From: a virus
Taxonomy: Duplodnaviria; Caudoviricetes
Length of the DNA stretch: 29,386 bases
Strand: one strand, 5' to 3'
Virus record (IMG/VR): IMGVR_UViG_3300048902_000079
Coordinates: 1-29,386 of that record
Both the position numbers and the translations under genes were made by a program. Positions 1 to 9,697 of this stretch are shown piece after piece. Within the stretch, counting starts at the first letter, position 1. Every line of letters starts with the position of its first letter. The notes beneath the pieces were generated by a model. That model did not search any database. It saw only the letters and a program-made list of their open reading frames with translations, and was not told the origin of the DNA.

Positions 1-2047
1 ATAAGAAAATCCCCGTCTGCCAAGTTGCTGGTGCAGCCGCGTTTAATGAACACGCAGCAACATCAGTTGTTGTAGCACCTGTTACCGTAATTGCTGTTTG
101 GGCTTGACATGTCCCATTCGTTACTGCTGTTCCTGCGGTAGTAACCGTTCCACTTCCTACTGTTACATTTAATGTTCCTGCCGTGGATGGTAGTGTGTTA
201 GCAACCCCTGCTGTAGCAGGAGCATTGAGGCAGGACGCTCCTGATGTTGCCCCTGAAACCTTGATAGAGCATTTGGTTCCTGCTGTAGGAGCGGGATTAA
301 TAAGAATGCCATCCCACTCCGTAACTGTATTTCCATTAAGCGAAGGGGTTTCAACGCGTAACCCAACATTCAAGGCTTGAGTAATCGCACCACCAAATAT
401 ATCCGATCGTGTTGATACACCTATTCCCGCTGCGGTAGCACCTCCAGAGGCTATAGGTACTGATTGAATACCCACTTGAGTTGTTCCAAATACAGACCCT
501 TGAGGCTGTATGAATAGTGATACTCCGGATACAGGGATTGTTCCGATCGCTGCTAAACCATCAAGCTCAGTCTGGCCTTGGTTCCAAATACCAAGATTGC
601 GAGTAGTGCCAACCGTTTGATTCTCAGCTAGTAAACCAATGGCATTCGTAATTGTCCCGGTCGAAGTATCAGTAGCGGCTTGGGCCTGTATAGCCACACC
701 GTTTGTAACATTACCAGCACCCACAATACCCATATTGTAAGTACCGCCACGGCATGAAGAAACTGTATTACCCGCCGTTCCAGAGACAAAACATTCAGCT
801 TCTAACCCAGCAACTGCCCCCGGGCTATTAGTGGCTCCAGTGTCAATCGTAACTGTCCCATTTATGGCTTCCATTGTGCCAAAACCACTCTGGTTGCCTT
901 CTGGAAATGTATGTATGTAAAAACTAGCTGATGAAGAACCCGGGGCAAGAACATTTGTTGGTGTAAAAGGGTCAACAAGCATCATTTTAGCTCTAGCCGC
1001 ACCGTTAGCTGTATCTTTGATATTGAATAAAAGATTTGTACCTTGTTGCTGGGCGTTGGAAGCTGGAGAGCGAACATCAATAGTGAATAGATTGTCTTTA
1101 GTTGCTAGATTTTGCCCAGCGCCAGCAGCAACAGTTGAGGGAATGTAAACAACACAGGATGATGTACCACAATCATTTTCTGCGTTGTTTATTTGAGTTG
1201 ATCCTGTACCTGAAAATCCGTTGGCGAAACGAATACCATTAACATTAGTATCCGTTTCAATTCCAGTCACTCCTAAAGTGCCGCCGAAGGTTCCACTATC
1301 GGTAAATGTAGCTAGTCCTGTTACGTTAAGTGTTGAACCAAATGAAACAGCCTCAGAGGTAGCTACCGTAGTACCGTTATCAGTAACGCTAGAGTTGCCC
1401 AACACCCCTGTAGCACCGTTAGTGTACTTAGGGATAGTGTTTGTCGTTCCAGCTCCTGTGTTCACTGTTCCTACAGGAATGTTGGGAGCTGAGAGATTAT
1501 TGGTAAAAGTGCCATTAGCAGCAAAAACATTCCCATATCTCAAGGATGCCGAACCAAGATTAAACACCGCGTCTGCTGACGGGATGAGGTTGTTTTGGAT
1601 AGGGGAAGTGATTACTACAGCACCTTGAGGGGTGGGTTTTATTACCGGGCAGAATTTGGGGTTTGATAAATCATACGTCGTCCCAGTAATACACTGTTGA
1701 GCGACGGTGTTTGTAGGACTCCCTACCCCATTCGGGAAGAATGCCACTTGATAGGTGAGATTGGCTGGTTGGATTAGATCCGTCCCCCATACCTGACAAG
1801 CTCCAGACAGAGCGAGGTTTTTGATATTCCCCGACCCATCAATTCCACAGGTTCCGGTTTGAGGGGCGATAATCCCCGTTCCGGTAACAAAGTAGATTAT
1901 TCCGCTGTTCTGCGGAGAGAGGTTAAACACCACGGTACCGGAGGTAGCAAGATTCCCCGAAGCATCCTGCACTACCCCCGTTACCGTAGTTTTGGTTTGG
2001 GCAAACCCTAAAGTTGTGAACACCAACAACAACAGAAGTTTCTTCAT
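1..2047 (-). CDS. Tail fibre/adhesin-like protein with N-terminal signal peptide (partial, runs off left edge, >680 aa)
   Basis: Not in the ORF track. Manual translation from ATG 2047 (RBS AAGGGAG) gives MKKLLLLLVFTTLGFAQTKTTVTGVVQDASG... with no stop down to position 1. G/T/A/S/N-rich beta-type composition; lies in the virion gene operon. Confidence 0.75.
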   Translation of the reverse strand, partial: MKKLLLLLVFTTLGFAQTKTTVTGVVQDASGNLATSGTVVFNLSPQNSGIIYFVTGTGIIAPQTGTCGIDGSGNIKNLALSGACQVWGTDLIQPANLTYQVAFFPNGVGSPTNTVAQQCITGTTYDLSNPKFCPVIKPTPQGAVVITSPIQNNLIPSADAVFNLGSASLRYGNVFAANGTFTNNLSAPNIPVGTVNTGAGTTNTIPKYTNGATGVLGNSSVTDNGTTVATSEAVSFGSTLNVTGLATFTDSGTFGGTLGVTGIETDTNVNGIRFANGFSGTGSTQINNAENDCGTSSCVVYIPSTVAAGAGQNLATKDNLFTIDVRSPASNAQQQGTNLLFNIKDTANGAARAKMMLVDPFTPTNVLAPGSSSASFYIHTFPEGNQSGFGTMEAINGTVTIDTGATNSPGAVAGLEAECFVSGTAGNTVSSCRGGTYNMGIVGAGNVTNGVAIQAQAATDTSTGTITNAIGLLAENQTVGTTRNLGIWNQGQTELDGLAAIGTIPVSGVSLFIQPQGSVFGTTQVGIQSVPIASGGATAAGIGVSTRSDIFGGAITQALNVGLRVETPSLNGNTVTEWDGILINPAPTAGTKCSIKVSGATSGASCLNAPATAGVANTLPSTAGTLNVTVGSGTVTTAGTAVTNGTCQAQTAITVTGATTTDVAACSLNAAAPATWQTGIFL

Positions 2048-2055
2048 ACGCTCCC

Positions 2056-2331
2056 TTACTCGATGTAGATTCTCACAAGTCCTGCGGTTGCTGAGTCATA
2101 GATCAACCCGTTAATCCATCCGATATGGCCAGAAACAATCGGACGGAGATCAGAGGCGCCGTTTGCTTTCCAAACGACGTCTCCCAGTTGGTTTTTAAGT
2201 ACAGCCGTGTCGGTGTCAACTGCGTAGTCGACGAATTCGAAATGGCGTACTTTAATGTAGTTTTTATTAATCACCACACCAGAAGCCGCCGTATCGAGGG
2301 TCCATGGGTTGTCGGTCATTTTGTTTGCCAT
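2056..2331 (-). CDS. Hypothetical virion-region protein (91 aa)
   Basis: RBS GGAGG; tightly packed in the structural operon. Confidence 0.7.
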   Translation of the reverse strand: MANKMTDNPWTLDTAASGVVINKNYIKVRHFEFVDYAVDTDTAVLKNQLGDVVWKANGASDLRPIVSGHIGWINGLIYDSATAGLVRIYIE

Positions 2332-2340
2332 AGATCCTCC

Positions 2341-2946
2341 TTAGTTGTAGTTAAAGTGGCAGTGCATACCGATACCACGAATTTTAATCGTCCCGGTGTT
2401 GGCCAAAACCGCTACCAGTTCGATTTCCAACAACGAGAAATCCGTTTGGTTGAATGCTTGATTGCCTGCCGCGATTGCTACGGTAGATATATACGTGTTT
2501 GCACGTTGGACTTTCGTGATTGCGGTTGCAGCCACAATGTCTGTTTGAGTGAGTGCAGCGTTGTCGGTGTATGCAGTCTTCCCACAGCGAAGGGTGAGGG
2601 TGGTAGCATCCACCACTCCAAGATCATAGATCGCGAAGATATCTATGATCTTAATACCCTTAGCAGGTTGAGCGGGAGGGGTAATACCGAACTGCTGAAA
2701 GTTGGGGATTTCACCCTTTCTTAACAGTTCGTTAATCGCTACCCTCACGTTGTATGTTTCTGCACCAGCTGCAGTACGGTTTAATGACCAATCACCAATG
2801 GCATTCCTAGTAAGGACGAGGTTGGCTGAGTCTTTTGAAAGCTCCTCCGCCCCCGCTAGGTATAGACCGTCAGTATGAGGGAGGTCACAGGATAACACAG
2901 TATTGTCAAACTGTGTTTGGCTGTTTGGATTGTTCACAGCTGCCAT
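2341..2946 (-). CDS. Putative virion structural protein (201 aa)
   Basis: RBS GGAGG; directly downstream of the capsid gene; beta-rich, Ala/Thr-rich. Confidence 0.65.
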   Translation of the reverse strand: MAAVNNPNSQTQFDNTVLSCDLPHTDGLYLAGAEELSKDSANLVLTRNAIGDWSLNRTAAGAETYNVRVAINELLRKGEIPNFQQFGITPPAQPAKGIKIIDIFAIYDLGVVDATTLTLRCGKTAYTDNAALTQTDIVAATAITKVQRANTYISTVAIAAGNQAFNQTDFSLLEIELVAVLANTGTIKIRGIGMHCHFNYN

Positions 2947-2955
2947 AGTACCTCC

Positions 2956-3846
2956 TTATTGTCCTGGTGAACCTGCCACACCGTGCCAGTAAGTTATGCC
3001 AAACACTTCTCTAAACCAGACCGAAAATGCAGCCGATTTAGTTGCGAAGTCATCTTGGGAATCGAACTCAGGCTGAGTTCTCCAAAACGCCTTCAGTGTA
3101 TGGCCTGACTTACGAGAAAGCATCCACCACGCTGTAGTTGACGTAAGATAATGATCAGTCATCGGGGCGACGCGACCCTGAACTGAGTTAACTTCATTTG
3201 TACCTGTATAAGGTTTGTATGAAGAGTGTAGGACCTCTTGAGCTTTGAACTGCAGATCAACTGGAATGAGGATTGATTCAGGCACCATCCGTTTAATCAA
3301 ACCACGTTCGTTAACCATCTTTTCAAAGATGAGAATCAGTTCCTGGAGTCCAGTTACTCCAAATGCCACGTTTGTTGCAGAAGCATTGGAATAAGAACCT
3401 CCTCCCATTAAATTATGGGAGCCGATCATTGTCCCACCATCGATCGTTTTGATTGACGTAAAGGAGTTGTTCAAGACTGCAGCAGCACCAGCTTCGACTG
3501 TTTGCCGAATAGAACCGCCAAAATCCGTTGACACCTTCTTCATCAATCCGTATTGATCATCATCCCACATTTCACGGGTGACTTGAAAACCCAATCCAAA
3601 CCCTGCATGTTGATACCTCACCGAACCACCCTGCATGGGCTCGTCGAACTTAATCGGTTCACCCTCAGGTTTGTTCGGCACAGCAGCCAGGCCTGCGTAG
3701 AGTTGATCCTCTTCATAAGCCTTCGAACTGCTATAAACGTTGAAGAACTGCGTGTATTCTTCCGGATGCATCTCGAGATCTTCGTAGATAACCGAGTACA
3801 ACCCGGGAGCCAATAACTGCGAAAATCCACCACGTGTTGCCGGCAT
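2956..3846 (-). CDS. Major capsid protein (HK97 fold, Mu gpT-like)
   Basis: 296 aa; FSQLLAPGL, KPEGEPIKFD, GLGFQVTREMWDDDQY and the C-terminal WHGVAGSPG are typical of this capsid class; located after portal and scaffold. Confidence 0.85.
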   Translation of the reverse strand: MPATRGGFSQLLAPGLYSVIYEDLEMHPEEYTQFFNVYSSSKAYEEDQLYAGLAAVPNKPEGEPIKFDEPMQGGSVRYQHAGFGLGFQVTREMWDDDQYGLMKKVSTDFGGSIRQTVEAGAAAVLNNSFTSIKTIDGGTMIGSHNLMGGGSYSNASATNVAFGVTGLQELILIFEKMVNERGLIKRMVPESILIPVDLQFKAQEVLHSSYKPYTGTNEVNSVQGRVAPMTDHYLTSTTAWWMLSRKSGHTLKAFWRTQPEFDSQDDFATKSAAFSVWFREVFGITYWHGVAGSPGQ

Positions 3847-3855
3847 ACTGTCTCC

Positions 3856-4464
3856 TTAGCTGCTCAGTTGTTGTGCGGCTTTGATTACCTTGAAGATTAC
3901 CTTACCGTTCAAGGTTCCAACCGGATCTACGAGCTCTGTAATTTGAACGCACGCACCACCTGCGAGCGTAGTGATGTTGTTGTCGACATACCAGAAGTTA
4001 TTTCCGGCATCTTTGGTGAGGCCGCGGATTGCACCCACCTGTACTTGCGCAAGTGTGGCATTTGCTGCGGTTGCCGAATCACCGTAAGTACCGATAAACT
4101 CCATCGATTCGGTTGCGAGGACCATACCGAGGGTACCGTCGTTGGGAGGGGCGCCGAGTGGGATTACAACCGCACTCGCCTGGTTGTTCACCTTAAAACC
4201 CGTGTTGAGGGTTTTGGCGGTACCTGACGTGGTGAGGCTATTCGCCGGCTCGGTCGCGAAACCTGCAATAATAGCGGTTGCCACGCTGTTTATCGTCGCG
4301 CATTCGATGATGAACCCCGACGCAGCCTCAACCTGGACCGGAACTCCGTTGTTGAACGTCTGTGTCGCCTTCTCCAACATACGCTTCATGTTGGCGACCG
4401 TAGAGGTGTCCAACCTTGTGCGTTTGTGGAGGATCGGCGTTGCGACGTTTGAAGATGCAGCCAT
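3856..4464 (-). CDS. Putative capsid decoration/cement protein (202 aa)
   Basis: Ala/Thr/Gly-rich beta protein directly upstream of the capsid gene; RBS AAGGAG. Function inferred from position. Confidence 0.55.
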   Translation of the reverse strand: MAASSNVATPILHKRTRLDTSTVANMKRMLEKATQTFNNGVPVQVEAASGFIIECATINSVATAIIAGFATEPANSLTTSGTAKTLNTGFKVNNQASAVVIPLGAPPNDGTLGMVLATESMEFIGTYGDSATAANATLAQVQVGAIRGLTKDAGNNFWYVDNNITTLAGGACVQITELVDPVGTLNGKVIFKVIKAAQQLSS

Positions 4465-4476
4465 ATTCTCTCCTTG

Positions 4477-4953
4477 TTATTTCTTTCTCCGACCGGTAGT
4501 TTCGAAAGTCGGGATGCCTTGCCTCGCTGCTTCGGTTTTGAAGTCTTCTTGAGCTCCACTGATGAGCTGATCAGACCTCTCCTCCACATCGAGCAGATGG
4601 AATTCATATACTTCTTCGTCGCAGAACGTTAGGATGACATCACCGATGACGTAGGTACCGTCTTGGCGTAGACCACCCGCGATTACGAGTCGGTCTTTAA
4701 CATCCTCACCAGCGAGGATTTCTTTCGCTTTGGGCTCTTTGACTAGTGCATACCCCAACGTGTCGAGACGAACCATTTCGGAGTCGTCCCCTTTCCATGT
4801 ACCGGGGTTAGGCGCCCAGAAGAAGTGTTTACCTTTGAGAGAAACGGCCTGCACAGCCAGTTTAGGCTGACCTTGCTTTTGACGGTAAGCTGCATAGCGC
4901 GCTTTGCGTGCTGCTTTTTCTTGCTCGGGTGTTAGAACTGTTTGGGTCGACAT
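4477..4953 (-). CDS. Hypothetical head-module protein (158 aa)
   Basis: RBS GGAGG; between scaffold and decoration/capsid genes. Confidence 0.7.
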   Translation of the reverse strand: MSTQTVLTPEQEKAARKARYAAYRQKQGQPKLAVQAVSLKGKHFFWAPNPGTWKGDDSEMVRLDTLGYALVKEPKAKEILAGEDVKDRLVIAGGLRQDGTYVIGDVILTFCDEEVYEFHLLDVEERSDQLISGAQEDFKTEAARQGIPTFETTGRRKK

Positions 4954-4956
4954 ACC

Positions 4957-5709
4957 TTACCTCCCCACATTCGTAAGAGTCATACCGAGGGTCCCGGTGT
5001 ACATCTCTTTTTTGGCTTTACGGTATTTATCGGCGGTAATGCCGAGTCCCACCACAACATCATTTGCCGTTTTATCACCTGCACGAAGGGTTGAGAGATC
5101 TTCAGGAGGAAGATTATCTTCTGCTGCCGGCTGGCCGGGTTCCGCGATCGTTGTTGCAGTCTTAACCGCTTCAGAACGAATCTCTCCCAAATGGCGCCCG
5201 ATTACTGCGTTGTATGCAGTATCCCAAAAGTCAGGATCAGCTTGTTGATCAGCCGGGAGGTTGCTCATGATTGCAGTGATCTCACTGCGGTACTTCATCC
5301 AAAGTTTCTGACCCGCTTCATCCTTATCCTGGCGAGAGAGTTGTTCTGCCATACGGATAACGGTCTTTTGGGCAGCCCCTGTTGCAGCGGCAAAATCTTC
5401 CTTCGACATTAACCCAGACTTCAACTCATTCAACACCTTGACAGGGTCGTTCCATACCTGCTCTTTGGTGAGGGTTGGAGAATTAAGGTTCTGGCGAGTA
5501 ACTGGTTCAGTATTCGGAACCCCACTCTCTTTTGCCTGGTTGATTCTCTTCCTCGCCTCAGTCAACAACGCATTCTCACGGTTCGCGTAGTATAACGAGA
5601 TGATCTTCGCATGCTCTTTAACATCTTTTCCATCAAGCTGGGACTGAAGGTCTGCAGGGAATCCCCCGTCAGTTACCCTATCACCAGCGCCGAATACTGG
5701 ACTTCCCAT
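4957..5709 (-). CDS. Putative scaffolding protein (250 aa)
   Basis: Helical and charged, with a Pro-rich linker and short C-terminal helix (LGITADKYRKAK); located between portal and capsid. Confidence 0.6.
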   Translation of the reverse strand: MGSPVFGAGDRVTDGGFPADLQSQLDGKDVKEHAKIISLYYANRENALLTEARKRINQAKESGVPNTEPVTRQNLNSPTLTKEQVWNDPVKVLNELKSGLMSKEDFAAATGAAQKTVIRMAEQLSRQDKDEAGQKLWMKYRSEITAIMSNLPADQQADPDFWDTAYNAVIGRHLGEIRSEAVKTATTIAEPGQPAAEDNLPPEDLSTLRAGDKTANDVVVGLGITADKYRKAKKEMYTGTLGMTLTNVGR

Positions 5710-5956
5710 GTTCTTCCTTCCTCTCTTTTTTATCCTCTTCCTCGAATTTCTCGAGTTCTATTTCGATTTCTGCTGGCATGTTTTCTACTGCTTTCAATAC
5801 GTGTATCCTTCCTTGATTAAACTGGAGGACGTCCGTTGGTGCCCCCGCCTTGGCCAGCTCCCGTACGGCTCGCACTCGCAATCGCAGCAACTGACGCTGA
5901 TAAGTCTTGTAATCCTGATTCCGAAACAGGCGCTTCAGGCTGAGGCACTCCTGCAC
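5681..5956 (-). CDS. Small post-portal protein (~91 aa, start uncertain) overlapping the portal 3' end
   Basis: 3' part of track ORF 5681..6565. LKRLFRNQDYKTYQ...QFNQGRIHVLKAVENMP reads like the small helical proteins found between portal and scaffold. GTG 5956 is a guess. Confidence 0.5.
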   Translation of the reverse strand: MQECLSLKRLFRNQDYKTYQRQLLRLRVRAVRELAKAGAPTDVLQFNQGRIHVLKAVENMPAEIEIELEKFEEEDKKERKEEHGKSSIRRW

Positions 5957-7754
5957 GGTTAGGGGCCCCAGGTCCGTTGTCAGGGCCTTTTCCAGCCAAC
6001 ACGTTTCGCAGATCGGGGACCAGTTTGGTTCGATCTGGGATGTCAAACGCCGTGAGTAGTCTTGTGGCGAGATCCCTTGCTCCATCAAGCACTTCGAACA
6101 TAAGTTCTTGGACTGGGCCTTGGGCTTGAACGACTTGAGGAAGGAGCTGCATGATTTGACCGTAGTACCCAGCCATCGTGTTGCCCATGAGAAGGAGTGC
6201 GGTACGTTGGGTCTCCTTATTGGCTCCTGCATCGCTGCATCCAAGACCAAAGAAGGTTCCTTCGTAGCCCTGAGGAGGTTTAAGAGAGAACGCAGCTTGG
6301 AGGTCGGGCTCGTTAATTTGGGCTTGTCCTTCGTCTCCGAAGTCGCGGTAGCCTTCGTAGATCGCCCTCCCAATTCTATGAAAGGGAAGACGAGCGCGAC
6401 GAATGATATTATCCAAACGATCATTGCCCGCTGCCATGAGAGCGAGAGTCCCTTGAGTATTATATACTCCACGCTTACCCATAGAACCAGAAGCAAAACC
6501 TTGAGAGGGAGGGGGATTACCGACCAGCTTTTCAGCATCTTGATCAACATAACGTTCTTCCTCAATCATATGGTTGTAGGATGCGGCTCCACGGTCGATC
6601 TTAAGATCATCCATGTTGTCGACCTCGAAGACCTTACCGGGGTACCATTCATCCTTAGGGTTGCCTACGTCTGCGAAACGTTTTTTGATGAATGTCGGGA
6701 TGTTACCGATTGTTGAGGCATCCCTACGTGTGTTGTGGATTTGAGCTTTCTCTTCTTGGGAGTCCTCTAACATCTGTGGGATGGAGTCTGGGTAGAACGA
6801 GTTGTTCTTTACGAAAAGCCTAAAATCAATAAACGCATCCTGATCCAACCCAATCGGGTGGTAGTAAGCCCTAATGATCGATTGATGTGAATTCATCTGA
6901 GGGTTGAATACCACCACGATTGAATGCATTTGACCAGAGGTTAACTCGTAGTCTAACCACGCCTCAACAACTTGGTAGGGACGAGTAACGTCAGGAGACA
7001 AGAAGATGCCAGAGAAGTTTGATGACTTCTCGGCTGCCGTGCCTTCAGACGTGATTGCAGATCTTAACACACCTGCAACACCTTCTTGACTCCACTCACC
7101 GGTATTCTTCTTAAACTCCACCTCCTCACGTGTAAAACGGAGTTTGTGAAATTTGATACTGCATTGCTTTAGAGTGCGTGCGGTAAGAGGATAGGGGAGA
7201 AAATCTCCAAAACCTATGGGGTAGAGCTCTATCTTTTTAATGGTCTTGTTTTCAATCTGACCGGGTTGAGTAGAGAAGAACTTCTGGCGTTCAACCCAAG
7301 AGGGTTTTAGGATACAGACACCGAGTTTGGAAACGTCATGCAGAGCTGCATCAACCGGGTCAAATGCCTCGATCTCGTTGTACCACTTGTAATCCATCCA
7401 CTCGGAGAGCTGATCCAACCATTCGTGTTTGATCTTACTGCTATACCACGTTGGTTTCCAAAAGGGTTTAACCCCCCAGAGGAGACCTTGAATGCGTGCG
7501 TGCATGATGTCGACATGCATACGAATCAACCCAGGGACGAAGTTTGCTGCACCGACGAATGGGGTGGTTCTCGTCCCCTGAGTCTTCGGTATCCCCTGAT
7601 AATTACTCTCCCACTGAGTCATCTTCTGTTCGATTTGGACAGAACGTGCTTCGATGGTTTTGGATAACTTCTCGTTCAGGAATGCAGACAATTTCCCATA
7701 GATGTTCTGCTGGGATTCTTTCGGGATTTGAAGTGGGACGAGAGTTCTAGGCAT
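5817..7754 (-). CDS. Portal protein (645 aa)
   Basis: Size and position after the terminase; PTFIKKR...WYPGKVFEVD and NTQGTLALM segments, Gln-rich helix and low-complexity tail typical of podovirus-like portals. Confidence 0.8.
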   Translation of the reverse strand: MPRTLVPLQIPKESQQNIYGKLSAFLNEKLSKTIEARSVQIEQKMTQWESNYQGIPKTQGTRTTPFVGAANFVPGLIRMHVDIMHARIQGLLWGVKPFWKPTWYSSKIKHEWLDQLSEWMDYKWYNEIEAFDPVDAALHDVSKLGVCILKPSWVERQKFFSTQPGQIENKTIKKIELYPIGFGDFLPYPLTARTLKQCSIKFHKLRFTREEVEFKKNTGEWSQEGVAGVLRSAITSEGTAAEKSSNFSGIFLSPDVTRPYQVVEAWLDYELTSGQMHSIVVVFNPQMNSHQSIIRAYYHPIGLDQDAFIDFRLFVKNNSFYPDSIPQMLEDSQEEKAQIHNTRRDASTIGNIPTFIKKRFADVGNPKDEWYPGKVFEVDNMDDLKIDRGAASYNHMIEEERYVDQDAEKLVGNPPPSQGFASGSMGKRGVYNTQGTLALMAAGNDRLDNIIRRARLPFHRIGRAIYEGYRDFGDEGQAQINEPDLQAAFSLKPPQGYEGTFFGLGCSDAGANKETQRTALLLMGNTMAGYYGQIMQLLPQVVQAQGPVQELMFEVLDGARDLATRLLTAFDIPDRTKLVPDLRNVLAGKGPDNGPGAPNRAGVPQPEAPVSESGLQDLSASVAAIASASRTGAGQGGGTNGRPPV

Positions 7755-7971
7755 ACACCCCCCAGCGTTTGGGTGTGGATGGTGGTTGGTGTATGGTGGG
7801 GGAGGGAGGGTGGATGGTGGCTAGAGTCCGGCCATTATGCAAGGTCACAATAAGGCCTCCACCAAAGTTAAGAAGAGCCGAGCGTGACCTGCCCAAGTCG
7901 TACGTCGGTGGGTACGGAGCTTGGATTTTATATACCCGGCTCTTCTTAACTTCAGGGAGGCAATGTTGCAT
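7747..7971 (-). CDS. Hypothetical protein (~74 aa) between terminase and portal
   Basis: Fills the gap; ATG 7971 lies just after the terminase stop with GGAGG upstream; Pro-rich, so weakly supported. Confidence 0.35.
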   Translation of the reverse strand: MQHCLPEVKKSRVYKIQAPYPPTYDLGRSRSALLNFGGGLIVTLHNGRTLATIHPPSPTIHQPPSTPKRWGVYA

Positions 7972-7972
7972 G

Positions 7973-9697
7973 TTAAACATAACCTCCATAGTTCTGAGTG
8001 CTGAAGGTACGGGGTTCTCTTGGGATGTGTACTTCTTCCATCTCGGTCTGTAGAGATTCAATCTCGTCTGCTGAGAGGGGAGCTCTTAGGTGTTTTACTG
8101 CTGACGCACAAGCGTCCAAACGATCAATCAGATCACCATGAGGGAAGTCTTCCAACTGTCGCTTAAACTCAAACTCACCCTTCCGAACGTAGAAACGTCC
8201 TTGTTCATATGTCTGCCCAAGGAACGCACGCACCCTTTCCTCTTTATTCTGGGTGCCGGGGTTGAAGGGATCGATTTGGAAATTGCGGTGTTTTTTGTTG
8301 CACTTAGGACAAGACCCATTCAGCGTTTGAAGCTGGCGCTTCATAGACACCAAGTTCTCAACTTCCTTCTGTGCGCCTACTGCCTCATACAGTCTACGGT
8401 GCAAAACATACTGATCGTTGTAGGTGAAGAACATTTCAAGGGCTTCGTCATAACCTGAATTCTTCCCCCAGACTCGGAGGACGAAAACTCGGCGATCAGA
8501 CGCCATACCGACAAGTGCTATTGCACCCTCACATTTAGCCGTTTTGCCTCCAGAGGACGGGTCATAGAACCCCAGTCTGTAGAGATAACGTAACCTGATG
8601 GAAGGCGTGCCATCTTCGGGAACCAACAAGTCTAGTACTCCAGGGGAAGACTCTTGGATGTTGAATTCTTTGTAGAGTTTGGGATTAAAATCCGACCCTT
8701 CAGGGGAAGAGGGGCGATTCATGTAGTTGCAGTTAAAGAGGTATTCTTTTTCGCGCTGGAGGAGATCAGCTAGGACTTCGAGAGGATACTTTTCTGGGAA
8801 AGTAGCTCTCTTCTCCCCAGTTTCCTCATTCTCCTCAATAGCGGCGCGAACATGCCACTTAAAGCCAATAGGACGTCCAGACTCTGTAGTACCATAAGGC
8901 ATCTCCTTCATCATCCAACCGGGAACGTCAGCTGTACCATGTTTCCACCTGGTTGCGATGAAGAGTTCTTCCGACCTGCGGGGGTCGACTAACAACCCCG
9001 GTGCAGCAGTTATTCTATCCTTCCCTGCCTGCATTAGGGGTTCCGACTTGGCCGCTTTCTCTCCCGAGAGATCGTCGTAGATGATGATGGTGTAGTGGAA
9101 GCCTGTTCCTGCGCTCTCAAGCCCGAGTGCAGTAACTGTAGACTCATCGAAGGATTGAGAACGTGGTAGTAATATCTCTCCAGCATTCCAAACCGTTTTG
9201 GTAATGCTTTCGGGGATAATTTCGGGGAACAACCACTGAAATTGTTGATCATGTTCGATTTTCCACTTAACGTCTTTGAGGTCTTTGTTGGCGATATCCT
9301 GGGCTTCCGATAAGATCAGGATGCGGTGATTCCTTGGATCCTTATCCTTATTGGCGTCGTAGAAGGCTAGGAGAGCATCATTATCTTCATACGAAAGGAT
9401 CTCTTCAATGTGTTCCGAACCACCTCCCAATAACCTCCACGCCCAGTAGGACTTTCCAACGATGGTGGATTTAAAACTGCCGCGGGGCTCGAGGTATCCT
9501 CTTTTCAAGTCCTGGAGGGAGGCTTGGATGTGGTTACATAACGGGAGGTGAAACCCCTCCGTTAAATCCTTATACCCCATTACCGCTTTACAAAACACGT
9601 AGAAGGAACCCAACTGTGGACCGAGGAACTTCCGACGCAGTTTACTTCTCAATAAATGCGCCTGGTCACTCGTCGCGGTATGGAGTAAACTATCCAT
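7973..9697 (-). CDS. terL: Terminase large subunit (574 aa)
   Basis: Walker A EPRGSFKST, Walker B IIIYDD preceded by GTGFH, motif III IATRW, nuclease acidic residues FYDPS and DLIDRLDA. Confidence 0.9.
   Translation of the reverse strand: MDSLLHTATSDQAHLLRSKLRRKFLGPQLGSFYVFCKAVMGYKDLTEGFHLPLCNHIQASLQDLKRGYLEPRGSFKSTIVGKSYWAWRLLGGGSEHIEEILSYEDNDALLAFYDANKDKDPRNHRILILSEAQDIANKDLKDVKWKIEHDQQFQWLFPEIIPESITKTVWNAGEILLPRSQSFDESTVTALGLESAGTGFHYTIIIYDDLSGEKAAKSEPLMQAGKDRITAAPGLLVDPRRSEELFIATRWKHGTADVPGWMMKEMPYGTTESGRPIGFKWHVRAAIEENEETGEKRATFPEKYPLEVLADLLQREKEYLFNCNYMNRPSSPEGSDFNPKLYKEFNIQESSPGVLDLLVPEDGTPSIRLRYLYRLGFYDPSSGGKTAKCEGAIALVGMASDRRVFVLRVWGKNSGYDEALEMFFTYNDQYVLHRRLYEAVGAQKEVENLVSMKRQLQTLNGSCPKCNKKHRNFQIDPFNPGTQNKEERVRAFLGQTYEQGRFYVRKGEFEFKRQLEDFPHGDLIDRLDACASAVKHLRAPLSADEIESLQTEMEEVHIPREPRTFSTQNYGGYV

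Noticed and set aside
169-9252. Many plus-strand and alternative-frame ORFs over the structural arm (e.g. 1221..1628, 2125..2724, 6108..6716)
   Set aside because: Shadows of well-supported minus-strand genes; no RBS or recognisable motifs.
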